Source of the DNA: an uncultured Gemmatimonadales bacterium
GTDB lineage: Bacteria; Gemmatimonadota; Gemmatimonadetes; Longimicrobiales; RSA9
NCBI GenBank assembly: GCA_963708135.1
Contig: OY970192.1
Span: forward strand, 4,416,001 to 4,480,000
Reading direction: 5' to 3'
DNA: 64,000 nt
Shown: positions 1-12,787 of the stretch, piece after piece
Position numbering within the stretch: the stretch's first letter is position 1
Layout: the number at the start of each line of letters is the position of its first letter
Made by a program: the position numbers and the translations under genes
Notes under the pieces: generated by a model
Seen by the model: the letters and a program-made list of their open reading frames with translations, nothing else
The model's database searches: none
Told to the model about the DNA's origin: nothing

Positions 1-3201
<3,201 letters not shown>

Positions 3202-3209
3202 CCTCCGCC

Positions 3210-4793
3210 ATGCACGCCGAGGCGATCTTCACGCTCCTCTTCGTCGTCGCCACGACGGTGGCCATCGCCGCCCGCTGGCTGCGCATGCCGTACACGGTCG
3301 CGCTCGTGCTGGCCGGCTTGCTGCTCGGCGCGCTCGACCTGCTGGCACCGCCGCACCTGACCAAGGACCTGCTCTTCTCGGTGTTCCTGCCGGGGCTGAT
3401 CTTCGAGGCGGCCTACCACCTGGAGTTCACGGAGTTCTGGCGAAACCGCCTGCCGATCGTCTCGCTGGCGGTGCCGGGCGTCATCGCGGCGATCCTGCTC
3501 ACGGCGGTCGTGCTGGTGCCGCTCTCGGAGGTGCTCGGCTTCGCGCACGACCTCTCGTGGCAGGACGGGCTGGTCTTCGGCGCGCTGATCGCGGCGACGG
3601 ACCCGATCGCGGTCGTCGCGCTCTTCAAGAGCCTGGGCGTGCCGAAACGGCTGAGCGTGCTGATCGAGGGCGAGAGCCTGCTGAACGACGGCACGGCCGT
3701 CGTGTTCTTCACGCTGATCCTCGGGATCGTGGGCGGGGCGAGCGTCAGCGGCGCAGGGCTGCTGCTCGAGTTCCTGGCGACCATCGGCGCGGGCGCCCTC
3801 ATCGGCACGACCATCGGGCTGGTCATCTCGCACGTGATCCAGCGCGTGGACGACCCGATGATCGAGATCACGCTGACGACGATCGCCGCCTACGGCTCCT
3901 TCGTCACTGCCGAGCAGTTCCACTACTCGGGCGTGATCGCGACCGTCGTGGCGGGCATGCTGTGCGGCAACTACGCGGCGCGGACCGGCATGTCCCCCAC
4001 CACGCGTGTCGCGGTGGAGACGTTCTGGGAGTATATCGCCTTCGCGCTCAACTCGATCGTGTTCCTGCTCATCGGCTTCGAGGTGCGTTTCGACACGCTC
4101 CTCGCCAACTGGGAGCTGGTGCTCGCCGCCTACCTCGCCGTCAGCCTCGGCCGCGCGGTCGTGGTCTTCACCGCCGCAGGCGTGCTGCGCCGGGCGGCCA
4201 CGCGGCTGCCCCGAGGCTGGAGCGTCGTCCTCACCTGGGGCGGGCTCCGCGGCGGCATCTCGATGGTGCTCGTGCTCGGGCTGCCGGAGACGTTCCCGCA
4301 CCGCGAGCTGCTGATCGCCATGACCTTCGGCGTCGTGCTGCTCTCGATCCTGCTGAATGGCCTCAGCATGGCGCCGCTGCTGCGCCGCCTGGGCGTGGTC
4401 TCCGCGCACGAGCTGAGGACCGCCTACGAGGTCAGCCGTGGCGAGATGCAGGCGGCCAATGCGGCGCTCGTGGAGCTGCGCGAGATGGAGCGGCGGGGCC
4501 TGGCCGCGGCCGAGGTGCTGGCGGCGCTGCGCGGCGAGTACGAGAAGCGTATCGGCGCGGCCGAGAACGAGATCCGGGCGCTCCACCTCGAGCGCACCGA
4601 GCTCCGCGACGAGGAGCTGCAGCGCGCGCGGCGCCACCTGATCCTGGTCGAGAAGGCCCAGGTCGTGGAGGCGTTCCACCGCGGCGTGCTCTCCCAGGAC
4701 GCGCACGAGGAGCTGCTCACCGACATCGACGCCCGCCTGTTCCACCTGGATGAGGGCGGCGCCGGGACATCGGAGCCCGCCGACGAGTCGTAA
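3210..4793 (+). CDS. Na+/H+ antiporter, CPA1 (NhaP/NhaG-like)
   Basis: FLPGLIFEAA, GALIAATDPIAV, IEGESLLNDG, TWGGLRG motifs; about 12 TM segments plus helical C-terminal tail. Confidence 0.92.
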   Translation: MHAEAIFTLLFVVATTVAIAARWLRMPYTVALVLAGLLLGALDLLAPPHLTKDLLFSVFLPGLIFEAAYHLEFTEFWRNRLPIVSLAVPGVIAAILLTAVVLVPLSEVLGFAHDLSWQDGLVFGALIAATDPIAVVALFKSLGVPKRLSVLIEGESLLNDGTAVVFFTLILGIVGGASVSGAGLLLEFLATIGAGALIGTTIGLVISHVIQRVDDPMIEITLTTIAAYGSFVTAEQFHYSGVIATVVAGMLCGNYAARTGMSPTTRVAVETFWEYIAFALNSIVFLLIGFEVRFDTLLANWELVLAAYLAVSLGRAVVVFTAAGVLRRAATRLPRGWSVVLTWGGLRGGISMVLVLGLPETFPHRELLIAMTFGVVLLSILLNGLSMAPLLRRLGVVSAHELRTAYEVSRGEMQAANAALVELREMERRGLAAAEVLAALRGEYEKRIGAAENEIRALHLERTELRDEELQRARRHLILVEKAQVVEAFHRGVLSQDAHEELLTDIDARLFHLDEGGAGTSEPADES

Positions 4794-4926
4794 CGCGACC
4801 CGCGCGTGCGGCCGGGAGCCGCGCAACCCCGCGCCGGATCTGCGGCGCGCGGCACCGCCGCCGCGGAACAAAGCGTGCCCCCGCGTCGCTATGTGTAGGG
4901 AAGCCGTCCGTTATCGGGGAGTCTGC

Positions 4927-6051
4927 ATGCGACGAGTCCGTCCGAGCCGAATCCTTCTTGCCGCCGCCGCCGTCGGCGCGCTCGCGCCGGTGCGCGCCAC
5001 CGCCGCGCAGACGCCGGCCCGCGCGCCCGCGGCGGCGCGGGACACGGCGCTGGCGAGCGCCGTCGCGGACACCGGCGTCGCCTCGCCGCGCGCGCTCCCG
5101 ACCATCTACGCCGCGGGCCGGTTCTACGTCCGCCCGATCACCGCCGCCGGCGACACGCTGCTCTTCTATACGGACACCGGCGGCGGGCTGTTCCTGCGCC
5201 CGGCCGCCGCGGTCCGGCTGGATGCGCCCCGGAAGGTGCTGGCCGTCTCCGGCGAGGACACGCTCTTCGGCACGCCAATGCCGCCGCTCGCGCCGGGCGC
5301 GTGGATCCCCGCGCCGCCGCCGCGCGGCGTGCTGCCCGTGTTCGAGCCGCCCGGCGCGACGGAGCTCTTCGGCGACACCGTGGACGGCATGCTTGGCCAG
5401 CAGTGGTTCGGCGGCCGGGCCTGGACGTTCGACTACCCGGGCGAGACGCTCTACGTGCTGCCGCCCGGCATCGGCCCGGCGGTCGCACCCGAGCACCGCG
5501 TGCCGCTCGCGTTCCGGACCGATTCCGCCGGCGCCCGCTCGCTCGAGTTCCCGCGCATCCGCGTCCTCATCGACGGCGACTCCCTCGACCTGCTCTTCGA
5601 CACCGGCGCGACGACGTTCCTCACCGACAGCGCCCGCGCCGTGCTCGCCGACGGCGGTGCCGCCGAGCGCGCCACCAGCTTCATCACCCGCGGCATCTAC
5701 GAGCGCTGGCGCAAGAGGCACCCCGACTGGCGCGTCATCACGGACGCCGAGCGCGGCACCGGCGCCGATGCCATCCAGGTGCCGGCCATGGATGTGGCCG
5801 GGTTCGTGACCGGGCCGGTCTGGTTCACCACTCGGCCGGACGCCAACTTCCATGCGTTCATGGCGCGCTTCATGGACCGCCAGGTCGAGGGTGCGCTCGG
5901 CGGCTCGGCGCTGCGACCGTTCCGCATCACCGTGGATTATCCCGCGGCTACCGCCTCCTTCGAGAGGCCCCTCGGCGCGGCGCCCGACGCCGAAACCCCG
6001 CGGACAGACCGCCCGCGCGGCAGCACCACGGATCGAAGGAGCCGTTCATGA
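4927..6051 (+). CDS. Secreted two-domain retropepsin-like aspartyl protease (putative)
   Basis: Signal peptide; two DTG motifs (FYTDTGGG, LLFDTGATT), each followed by a G-hydrophobic-LG motif (DGMLG, EGALG). Confidence 0.6.
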   Translation: MRRVRPSRILLAAAAVGALAPVRATAAQTPARAPAAARDTALASAVADTGVASPRALPTIYAAGRFYVRPITAAGDTLLFYTDTGGGLFLRPAAAVRLDAPRKVLAVSGEDTLFGTPMPPLAPGAWIPAPPPRGVLPVFEPPGATELFGDTVDGMLGQQWFGGRAWTFDYPGETLYVLPPGIGPAVAPEHRVPLAFRTDSAGARSLEFPRIRVLIDGDSLDLLFDTGATTFLTDSARAVLADGGAAERATSFITRGIYERWRKRHPDWRVITDAERGTGADAIQVPAMDVAGFVTGPVWFTTRPDANFHAFMARFMDRQVEGALGGSALRPFRITVDYPAATASFERPLGAAPDAETPRTDRPRGSTTDRRSRS

Positions 6052-6788
6052 AACACACACGCCTCGGCCTCCATCTCGGCCTCGCCCTCGCCCTCGGCTT
6101 CGCGGCCGCCCCACCCGCCCTCGCCCAGGACACCTCGCTCGAGCAGGCGCCGCCCCGTTTCCACATCGGCTTCGGCGCCATCGTCGCCCAGCCCGTCGGC
6201 CAGTTCCACGACTACGTCGGCACGGGCGGCGGCCTGGGGGTCCACCTGCTCTACAAGGCCACGCCCGCCTTCGGGCTGCGCCTCGACGGCGGCTTCGTCA
6301 ACTACGGCAACGAGCGCCGGCCCGTCTGCTTCAGCAGCACCGTCGGCTGCCGCGTCGAGCTCGAGCTGACCACCAGCAACAACATCTTCTTCGTCCACGC
6401 CGGCCCGCAGCTCATGGTCCCGGCGGGGCCCGTGCGCCCCTACGCCAACACCGGCATCGGGCTCTCCTACTTCGCCACCGAGTCCAACGTGCGCGGCTCC
6501 GGCAGCGGCAGCGGCGCCTTCGCCCGGACCACCAACTTCAGCGACGTCGCCTTCGCCTGGGCCTCCGGCGCCGGCGCCGCCTTCCCGTTCCGGGTGAAGC
6601 GCACCCCCGTGGCCATCGACCTCGGCGCCACCTATCTGCACAACGGCCGTGTCGAGTACCTGCGCAAGGGCGGCATCACCGACAACCCCGACGGCTCGAT
6701 CACCCTGAATCCCACGACGAGCGCAGCCAACCTCGTCACGTACCACATCGGGGTCACCATCGGGATCCGGGCGCACGGGCAGCGCTGA
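6048..6788 (+). CDS. Outer-membrane beta-barrel-like secreted protein
   Basis: ATGA overlap, AAGGAG SD, signal peptide ...ALAQ, alternating Gly/aromatic strands (VRPYANTGIGLSYF, VTYHIGVTIG). Confidence 0.7.
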   Translation: MKHTRLGLHLGLALALGFAAAPPALAQDTSLEQAPPRFHIGFGAIVAQPVGQFHDYVGTGGGLGVHLLYKATPAFGLRLDGGFVNYGNERRPVCFSSTVGCRVELELTTSNNIFFVHAGPQLMVPAGPVRPYANTGIGLSYFATESNVRGSGSGSGAFARTTNFSDVAFAWASGAGAAFPFRVKRTPVAIDLGATYLHNGRVEYLRKGGITDNPDGSITLNPTTSAANLVTYHIGVTIGIRAHGQR

Positions 6789-6815
6789 GCCCCGGGGCGC
6801 GCCGATCCTACCGTG

Positions 6816-6930
6816 GCGTGTTTCTCTCTCGCGGAGCCGCGGAGAATCGCGGAGGCGGGGCGCCGGCGGAACGCCGTTCGCCCCGCTGCGCGCCTCCGCG
6901 CTCCTCCCCGTCTCCGTGAGAGAGCCACGC
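6816..6930. repeat. About 115-nt imperfect palindrome built from CGCGGAG units (REP/MITE-like)
   Basis: CTCTCTCGCGGAG (6824-6836) pairs with CTCCGTGAGAGAG (6912-6924); CGCGGAGGCG (6848-6857) pairs with CGCCTCCGCG (6891-6900); related sequence at 30982-31039. Confidence 0.7.
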
Positions 6931-7055
6931 GTTGAACCCTGCCGCGCGGCGCGACCGGCCGTTCCGCCCATGCCGTCGGCCGCCCCCGCTATCGCCAGCT
7001 GCGCCGCCTTCTTATCTTCTTTCTTCAGCCGACGCGTTTCCCTTTCCCGTAGCCA

Positions 7056-8765
7056 ATGTCCGATCCCCAGCTCAGCCTGACTCCCGAGCCCGAGCCCGAC
7101 ACCGCCAGCGAGCCCGGACCCGGACACGTGCCCGAACCCGAGGCCGTGCCCGCACACCTGAACGTGCCCGTAAACCTGAACGTGCCCGATCCCGATCCCC
7201 ATCCCGATCCCCTCTCCATCCTTCGCCACGTTTTCGGCTACGACACGTTCCGCCCCGGCCAACGCGAGGTCATCGATGCCGTGCTGGCCGGCCGCGACTG
7301 CATCGCGGTCATGCCGACCGGTGCCGGCAAGTCGCTGACGTTCCAGCTGCCCGCCCGCATCCTGGGGGGCACCGTGCTGGTGATCTCGCCGCTCATCTCC
7401 CTCATGAAGGACCAGGTCGACGCGCTCGAGGGGCTCGGCTTCCGGGCCGCGGCCATCAACTCGACGCTCGAGCCGGAGGAGCGGCGCGAGCGGCTGCGCG
7501 CGCTCCGGCGCGGCGGGTACGAGCTGGTCTACCTCGCGCCGGAGGCGCTGGACGGCTCGCTGCGCGACTTCATCCAGGGCTGCCCGCTGGCGCTGATCGT
7601 GGTCGATGAGGCACACTGCATCTCGCAGTGGGGGCATGACTTCCGGCCCTCGTACCGGCGGCTCGCGGGGCTCAAGGACGAGCTCGGCGGGGTGCCGGTG
7701 CTGGCGCTCACCGCGACGGCGACGCGCGTCGTCGCCAGAGACATCCTCCGCCAGCTCGGGATGCGAGGGCCCGCCGGCTACAAGGGCTCCTTCTTCCGCG
7801 CCAACCTCACCATCTACGCGCGCAAGAAGGGGCAGGGCGGCAATACGCGGCGCGAGATGCTGGGCGTGATCCGGCGCCACGCCGGCGAGAGCGGGATCGT
7901 CTACTGCCTCTCGCGGCGGAGCGTCGAGCAGACGGCCGACTGGCTCAGGCGACAGGGCATCCGCGCCCGCGCCTACCACGCCGGGCTCGCGGATGCGGAG
8001 CGCGCGGCGGCGCAGGATGCCTTTGCGCGCGATGACGTGGATGTCATCGTCGCCACCGTCGCCTTCGGCATGGGCATCGACAAGTCGAACGTCCGCTTCG
8101 TGATCCACCGCGACATGCCGAAGGACATCGAGTCGTGGTACCAGGAGATCGGGCGCGCGGGGCGGGACGGGCTGGCATCCGACTGCGTGCTCTTCTACTC
8201 GTGGGCGGACGTCAAGCTGCACGAGCGCTTCCTCGACTCCATCGAGGACCCCGAGCAGCGGCGCCTGCGCCACGCGGGCACCGTGCGCCTGTTCGACCTC
8301 GTCGATCACGGCGGCTGCCGCCACCAGGGCATCCTGGCCTACTTCGATGAGACGACGGCGCCGTGCGGCAGCGCATGCGACGTCTGTACCGGCGCCTCCG
8401 TCGAGGTCCTCGCCCACGCGGCCACTGGCGGTGCGCGGGCGGGCGCGGCGCGCGGCCGGGCGCGCGGCTTCGGCGCCGCCGCCCGGCCGGATCCGGGCTC
8501 CACCGACGCCGACTGGGCCATCGATCCCGCTGCCGAGGATCCCGCCGCGGACCGGCTCTTCGCCTCGCTCAAGGCGCTGCGCAAGCGGCTCGCCGACGAG
8601 AAGGGCGTGCCCGCCTACATCGTCTTCAACGACGCCGTGCTGCGCGAGATGGCTGCGCGCCGGCCCGCGAGCCTGGAGGCGCTGCTCGACATCTCCGGCG
8701 TCGGACCCGCGAAGCTCGCGCGCTACGGCGACGCCTTCCTGGAGGCGATCGCCGCCGGCGGCTGA
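7056..8765 (+). CDS. recQ: ATP-dependent DNA helicase, RecQ family, with HRDC domain
   Basis: [48 protein letters not shown], Zn-binding CRH..C..CDVC, HRDC (VPAYIVFND). Confidence 0.93.
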   Translation: MSDPQLSLTPEPEPDTASEPGPGHVPEPEAVPAHLNVPVNLNVPDPDPHPDPLSILRHVFGYDTFRPGQREVIDAVLAGRDCIAVMPTGAGKSLTFQLPARILGGTVLVISPLISLMKDQVDALEGLGFRAAAINSTLEPEERRERLRALRRGGYELVYLAPEALDGSLRDFIQGCPLALIVVDEAHCISQWGHDFRPSYRRLAGLKDELGGVPVLALTATATRVVARDILRQLGMRGPAGYKGSFFRANLTIYARKKGQGGNTRREMLGVIRRHAGESGIVYCLSRRSVEQTADWLRRQGIRARAYHAGLADAERAAAQDAFARDDVDVIVATVAFGMGIDKSNVRFVIHRDMPKDIESWYQEIGRAGRDGLASDCVLFYSWADVKLHERFLDSIEDPEQRRLRHAGTVRLFDLVDHGGCRHQGILAYFDETTAPCGSACDVCTGASVEVLAHAATGGARAGAARGRARGFGAAARPDPGSTDADWAIDPAAEDPAADRLFASLKALRKRLADEKGVPAYIVFNDAVLREMAARRPASLEALLDISGVGPAKLARYGDAFLEAIAAGG

Positions 8766-8805
8766 GGCCGCCATTCACCATCCACCCTCCGCACGAGGAA
8801 CATCC

Positions 8806-9399
8806 ATGGCCCTTCGCCTGCCGCACCGCATCCTCTTCGGCATCATGTACCGCATGGGCTTCGCGCCCTGGGATGGCCACCCGCTGCCGGCCGAGCTCCG
8901 CACTCTCGCGGAGGGCCCCGAGAAGGGGCGCGCCCTCGACCTCGGCTGCGGCACCGGGGATGCCGCGATCTACCTCGCGGGCGAGGGCTGGGACGTGACG
9001 GCAGTGGATTTCGTGCAGCACGCGCTCGACCGGGCGGCGCGGAAGGCGCGCGCCGCCGGAGCGGAGGTACGCTTCGTCCGTGCGGACGTCACCGCGCTGG
9101 ATCGCGCGGGCGTCGAGGGCCCCTTCGAGCTGATCGTGGACAGTGGCCTCATGCACGGGCTGCCCGACGAAAAGCGCGCCGGCTATGCCGCGGATCTCGG
9201 CCGGCTCGCCGCGCCGGGCGCCCATCTCGTGCTGGCCGCCTTCCCCCCCGGCGAGCGACGGGGACCGAGCGGCATCTCCCGGGAGGAGATCGAGCGCCGC
9301 CTCGGACCCAACTGGGAGCTGCTTTCCGCGGCGCCCGCGCCGGGCGCCTCCTCCGACGCGTCCGATCCGGTCACCGTCTACGTGCTGCGCCGGACGTAG
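8806..9399 (+). CDS. Class I SAM-dependent methyltransferase (TPMT/TehB-like)
   Basis: APWD, RALDLGCGTG, VTAVDF, LIVDSGLMH; GAGGA SD. Confidence 0.88.
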   Translation: MALRLPHRILFGIMYRMGFAPWDGHPLPAELRTLAEGPEKGRALDLGCGTGDAAIYLAGEGWDVTAVDFVQHALDRAARKARAAGAEVRFVRADVTALDRAGVEGPFELIVDSGLMHGLPDEKRAGYAADLGRLAAPGAHLVLAAFPPGERRGPSGISREEIERRLGPNWELLSAAPAPGASSDASDPVTVYVLRRT

Positions 9400-9630
9400 C
9401 GGCTCGGCCCTTCCCCCGGTCGCGGCCCGCCGGGTCCGGCGGCTGTCCGCTTGCGGGACGCGCGGTCTCGCCGGGGAACGACGGCGGGCCCCGGCGCCGG
9501 ACGGAGCAGTGTGCGGAATTCTTTGCGGCGGAACGACTTGCCAGCCGCGACTCCGCGGGTACGATCCTTCCGTTCGGCCTCAGGGCCGCGGCCGGCGGGC
9601 GCCGCGCCACCGTCCTTCCCAGAGGAGCCA

Positions 9631-12039
9631 ATGGACACGTTCCTGAACGACCTGCGCTACGCCCTGCGCAAGTTGCTGCGCACGCCGGGCTTCACCATCG
9701 TCGCCGTGCTCACGCTCGGGCTCGGGATCGGCGCCAACAGCGCCATCTTCAGCCTGGTCGACGCCGTGCTGCTGCGTCCGCTGCCGTATCCCGCGCCCGA
9801 GCGGCTGATGCGCCTGGACGCGCTGGTGCATGGACACCCGGCGCCGTTCTCGGGACCGAACTTCCTGGATTTCCGCGCGCAGAACCGCGTCTTCACGGAT
9901 ATGGCGGCATGGGATCCGGAGACGACGACGCTCACCGGCGCGGGCGAGCCCGAGCGGCTCCAGGCGACGGACGTGAGCGCGGGCTTCTTCGGCATCCTGG
10001 GCGTCCAGCCGGCGCTCGGGCGGACGTTCCGCCCTGGCGACAATGAGCCGGGCCATACCGCCGTCGTGGTGTTGAGCGATGGGCTGTGGCGGCAGCGCTT
10101 CGGCGCGGACCCCGGCATCCTGGGCCGCGCCATCTCGCTGGACGGCGCGCCGGCGCAGGTGGTCGGCGTGATGCCCGCCGGCTTCGCGTTCCCCCGCGAG
10201 GCGGTGCTGTGGCGGCCACTCGAGTACAACGCGATGTTCAGGGACCCGGGCAACCGGCGGGCGCTCTGGCTGCGCGTGATCGCGCGCCTCAGGCCCGGCG
10301 TCACGCCGGCGCGCGCGCAGTCCGACGTGGCCGCCATCGCGGGGCGGCTCCAGAAGGACTACCCGGACCTGGCGGGCAACATCGGGGCGAGCGCGACGCC
10401 GCTGGCCGAATCGATGGTCGGCGATCTGCGCACGCCGCTCCTGCTGCTGCTCGGCGCCGTCGGGCTGGTGCTCCTGATCGCGTGCGCCAACGTGGCCAGC
10501 CTGCTGCTCGCCCGCGCCTCGGCGCGCGCGACGGAGCTCGCGGTGCGCTCGGCGCTGGGCGCCGGGCGGCGTCGCCTGGTGCGGCAGCTGCTCACTGAGA
10601 GCGCGGTGCTCGCCCTGCTCGGCGGCGGCTTCGGCCTGCTCCTCGGCGCCTGGGGCGCGGCGCTGCTCGTACGCCTCGGGCCGGGCGGCATTCCCCGCCT
10701 CGAGGGCGTCGGCGTGAATGGAGGCGTCATCCTCTTTACCGCCGTGGTGGCCCTCGTCACCGCCCTGGTGTTCGGCGCCGTGCCCGCCTGGCAGGCCACC
10801 CGTGTCGAGCTCACGGAATCGCTGAAGGAGGGCGCCCGCGGCGGAGGCGCCCGCCGCTCGACGGGCCGGCTGCGGGCCGGGCTCGTCGTGGCGGAGCTTG
10901 CCCTGGCCGTGATGCTGCTCTCGGGCGCCGGCCTGCTGCTCAGGAGCTTCGCCCGCCTGCAGGCCGTGGACCCCGGGTTCCGCGCGGACCACACCGTCGC
11001 CTTCGACCTCGGGCTCCCCGACACGCGCTACGGCGAGCCCGAGCGCGTGGCGGAGTTCTACCGGACGCTGCTCGAGCGGCTCTCCGCGCTGCCCGGCGTG
11101 CAGGAGACGGGCGCCGTGTCCGCGCTGCCGCTCACGGGCTTCCGCATGCGTCTCTCCTTCGACGTGAAGGGGCGGGCGCCCGCGCCGGCCTCCGAGAAGC
11201 CGGCCCTGGACGTCATCGCGGCCACGCCCGGCTACCTGCGGGCGCTGCGCATCCCCGTGCTGCGCGGCCGGTCCTTCACGTCCGAGGACCGCGCCGGCGC
11301 GCGGCCCGTCGTGCTGCTGAACGAGGAGGCGGTCCGCCGCTACTTCCCGGGCGAGGATCCCATCGGCCAGGTGGTCCAGCTGGGCTGGCCCCGCTCTCCG
11401 GCCGGCGAGGTAGTCGGCATCGTGAGGGATGTCCGGGAGGAGGGGCTCACCGCCGCCGCCGAGCCCCAGATCTACCTGCCTCAGGCGCAGGTCCCGTTCG
11501 CGAGCATGAGCGTCGTCGTGCGCACCACGGGCGACCCCGCCCGCGTGGCCAGCCTGGTGCGCCGCGAGGTCCACGCCCTCGATCCCGATCTTGCCGTGGA
11601 CCACCTCCGCACCGTCCGCGAGGTGGTCGATCGCTCCATCGCCGAGCCCCGCTTGTATGCGACGCTGCTCGCCCTCTTCGCCGCCGTCGCGCTCACGCTC
11701 GCCGCCGTGGGCATCTTCGGCGTCATGGCCTACACGGTCGCGCAGCGCCGCCGCGAGCTCGGCATCCGCCTGGCGCTCGGCGCCCGGCCCGGCGGCGTGC
11801 TGCGCCTCGTCGTCGGCCAGGCCGCGGTGCTCGTGGCCGTCGGCATCGCCCTCGGGCTCCTCGGCACGCTCGCGCTGTCGCGCGTGCTCGCCGGGCTCCT
11901 CTTCGGCGTGAGCGCCACCGATCCCGCCACCCTCGCGGCCGTGGCCGTCGGCCTCGGCGCGGTCGCCCTCCTTGCCAGCTGGCTGCCCGCGCGCGCGGCC
12001 ACCCGCATCGCGCCGTCGGAGGCGCTCCGGCTCGAGTGA
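9631..12039 (+). CDS. ADOP-family (duplicated MacB/FtsX) ABC permease
   Basis: DLRYALRKL..TPGFT, LGIGANSAIFS, LLIACANVA, RELGIRLALGA, SWLPARAATRI.P.EALRLE; AGGAG SD. Confidence 0.93.
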   Translation: MDTFLNDLRYALRKLLRTPGFTIVAVLTLGLGIGANSAIFSLVDAVLLRPLPYPAPERLMRLDALVHGHPAPFSGPNFLDFRAQNRVFTDMAAWDPETTTLTGAGEPERLQATDVSAGFFGILGVQPALGRTFRPGDNEPGHTAVVVLSDGLWRQRFGADPGILGRAISLDGAPAQVVGVMPAGFAFPREAVLWRPLEYNAMFRDPGNRRALWLRVIARLRPGVTPARAQSDVAAIAGRLQKDYPDLAGNIGASATPLAESMVGDLRTPLLLLLGAVGLVLLIACANVASLLLARASARATELAVRSALGAGRRRLVRQLLTESAVLALLGGGFGLLLGAWGAALLVRLGPGGIPRLEGVGVNGGVILFTAVVALVTALVFGAVPAWQATRVELTESLKEGARGGGARRSTGRLRAGLVVAELALAVMLLSGAGLLLRSFARLQAVDPGFRADHTVAFDLGLPDTRYGEPERVAEFYRTLLERLSALPGVQETGAVSALPLTGFRMRLSFDVKGRAPAPASEKPALDVIAATPGYLRALRIPVLRGRSFTSEDRAGARPVVLLNEEAVRRYFPGEDPIGQVVQLGWPRSPAGEVVGIVRDVREEGLTAAAEPQIYLPQAQVPFASMSVVVRTTGDPARVASLVRREVHALDPDLAVDHLRTVREVVDRSIAEPRLYATLLALFAAVALTLAAVGIFGVMAYTVAQRRRELGIRLALGARPGGVLRLVVGQAAVLVAVGIALGLLGTLALSRVLAGLLFGVSATDPATLAAVAVGLGAVALLASWLPARAATRIAPSEALRLE

Positions 12040-12079
12040 GGTCGTTTTCACTCCGGCCCGCGCGGTGCTAGCTTCCCGC

Positions 12080-12787
12080 GTGCAAGAGAACCGACCGTCC
12101 ACGAGCGCCTCCGCGCGTGACGCTTCGCCGGGCCACGGCCCGCCGGCGGAGCGCGGCGGCCCACGGGGCGCGGCGCCCGAGCGCAGCATCCCCTTCGAGG
12201 GCGAGCGCCTCTCCCGCCACGAGCGGCTCCGCGGCCTGAACGATGTCGTCGGGGCGCTGCTCGTGCTCGAGGCCGGCGCCTCCTCGCTCCTCTCGAAGCC
12301 GGTGCTGCCGACCGCGCTCGCCTGGGCGAACGTCGCCCTCGGCGCGGGCGCCGCGGCGGCACTCGGCTGGGAGGCGCGCGCCGGGCGCCGCCTCGGCGGC
12401 CGGCTGAGCGTGATCGCCGTCCTCTCCAGCGCCCTGCTGCTCCTGGACGGCTTCGAGCAGGCCATCCAGGGCCACCGTCCCGGGTTCCTCTACATGATCG
12501 CCGCCGGCGTCGTCTACGTGGTGGCGCGGCGGGGCGAGGAGCATGGCCACAGGCGCCGGATCACGCTCAGCAGCGAGGGCATGGCGGTCCGCTTCAGCCG
12601 CCTGCGCCGCTACACGATCCCGATGGAGGAGGTCGAGCGCCTGCGCATCTCGGCGCGCGCCGTCGCCATCGAGACGCGCCGCGGCCGCACCCGCACGGTC
12701 CGGCGCGCCGTCCTGCCGGACTGGGAGGCGGCGGTCGCGGAGTTCGAGGCGTGGGCCGCCGAGCAGGGCGTGCCGGTGGTGCGGTGA
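12080..12787 (+). CDS. Hypothetical membrane protein (about 4 TM plus PH-like C-terminus)
   Basis: GTG at 12080, 5 nt after TG-extended TAGCTT; GC3-biased frame; stop overlaps the next start (GTGA). Confidence 0.65.
   Translation: MQENRPSTSASARDASPGHGPPAERGGPRGAAPERSIPFEGERLSRHERLRGLNDVVGALLVLEAGASSLLSKPVLPTALAWANVALGAGAAAALGWEARAGRRLGGRLSVIAVLSSALLLLDGFEQAIQGHRPGFLYMIAAGVVYVVARRGEEHGHRRRITLSSEGMAVRFSRLRRYTIPMEEVERLRISARAVAIETRRGRTRTVRRAVLPDWEAAVAEFEAWAAEQGVPVVR

Noticed and set aside
7008..7030. Pyrimidine-rich TTCTTATCTTCTTTCTTC resembling a SAM-I end motif
   Set aside because: No accompanying riboswitch core on either strand and no sulfur gene downstream.
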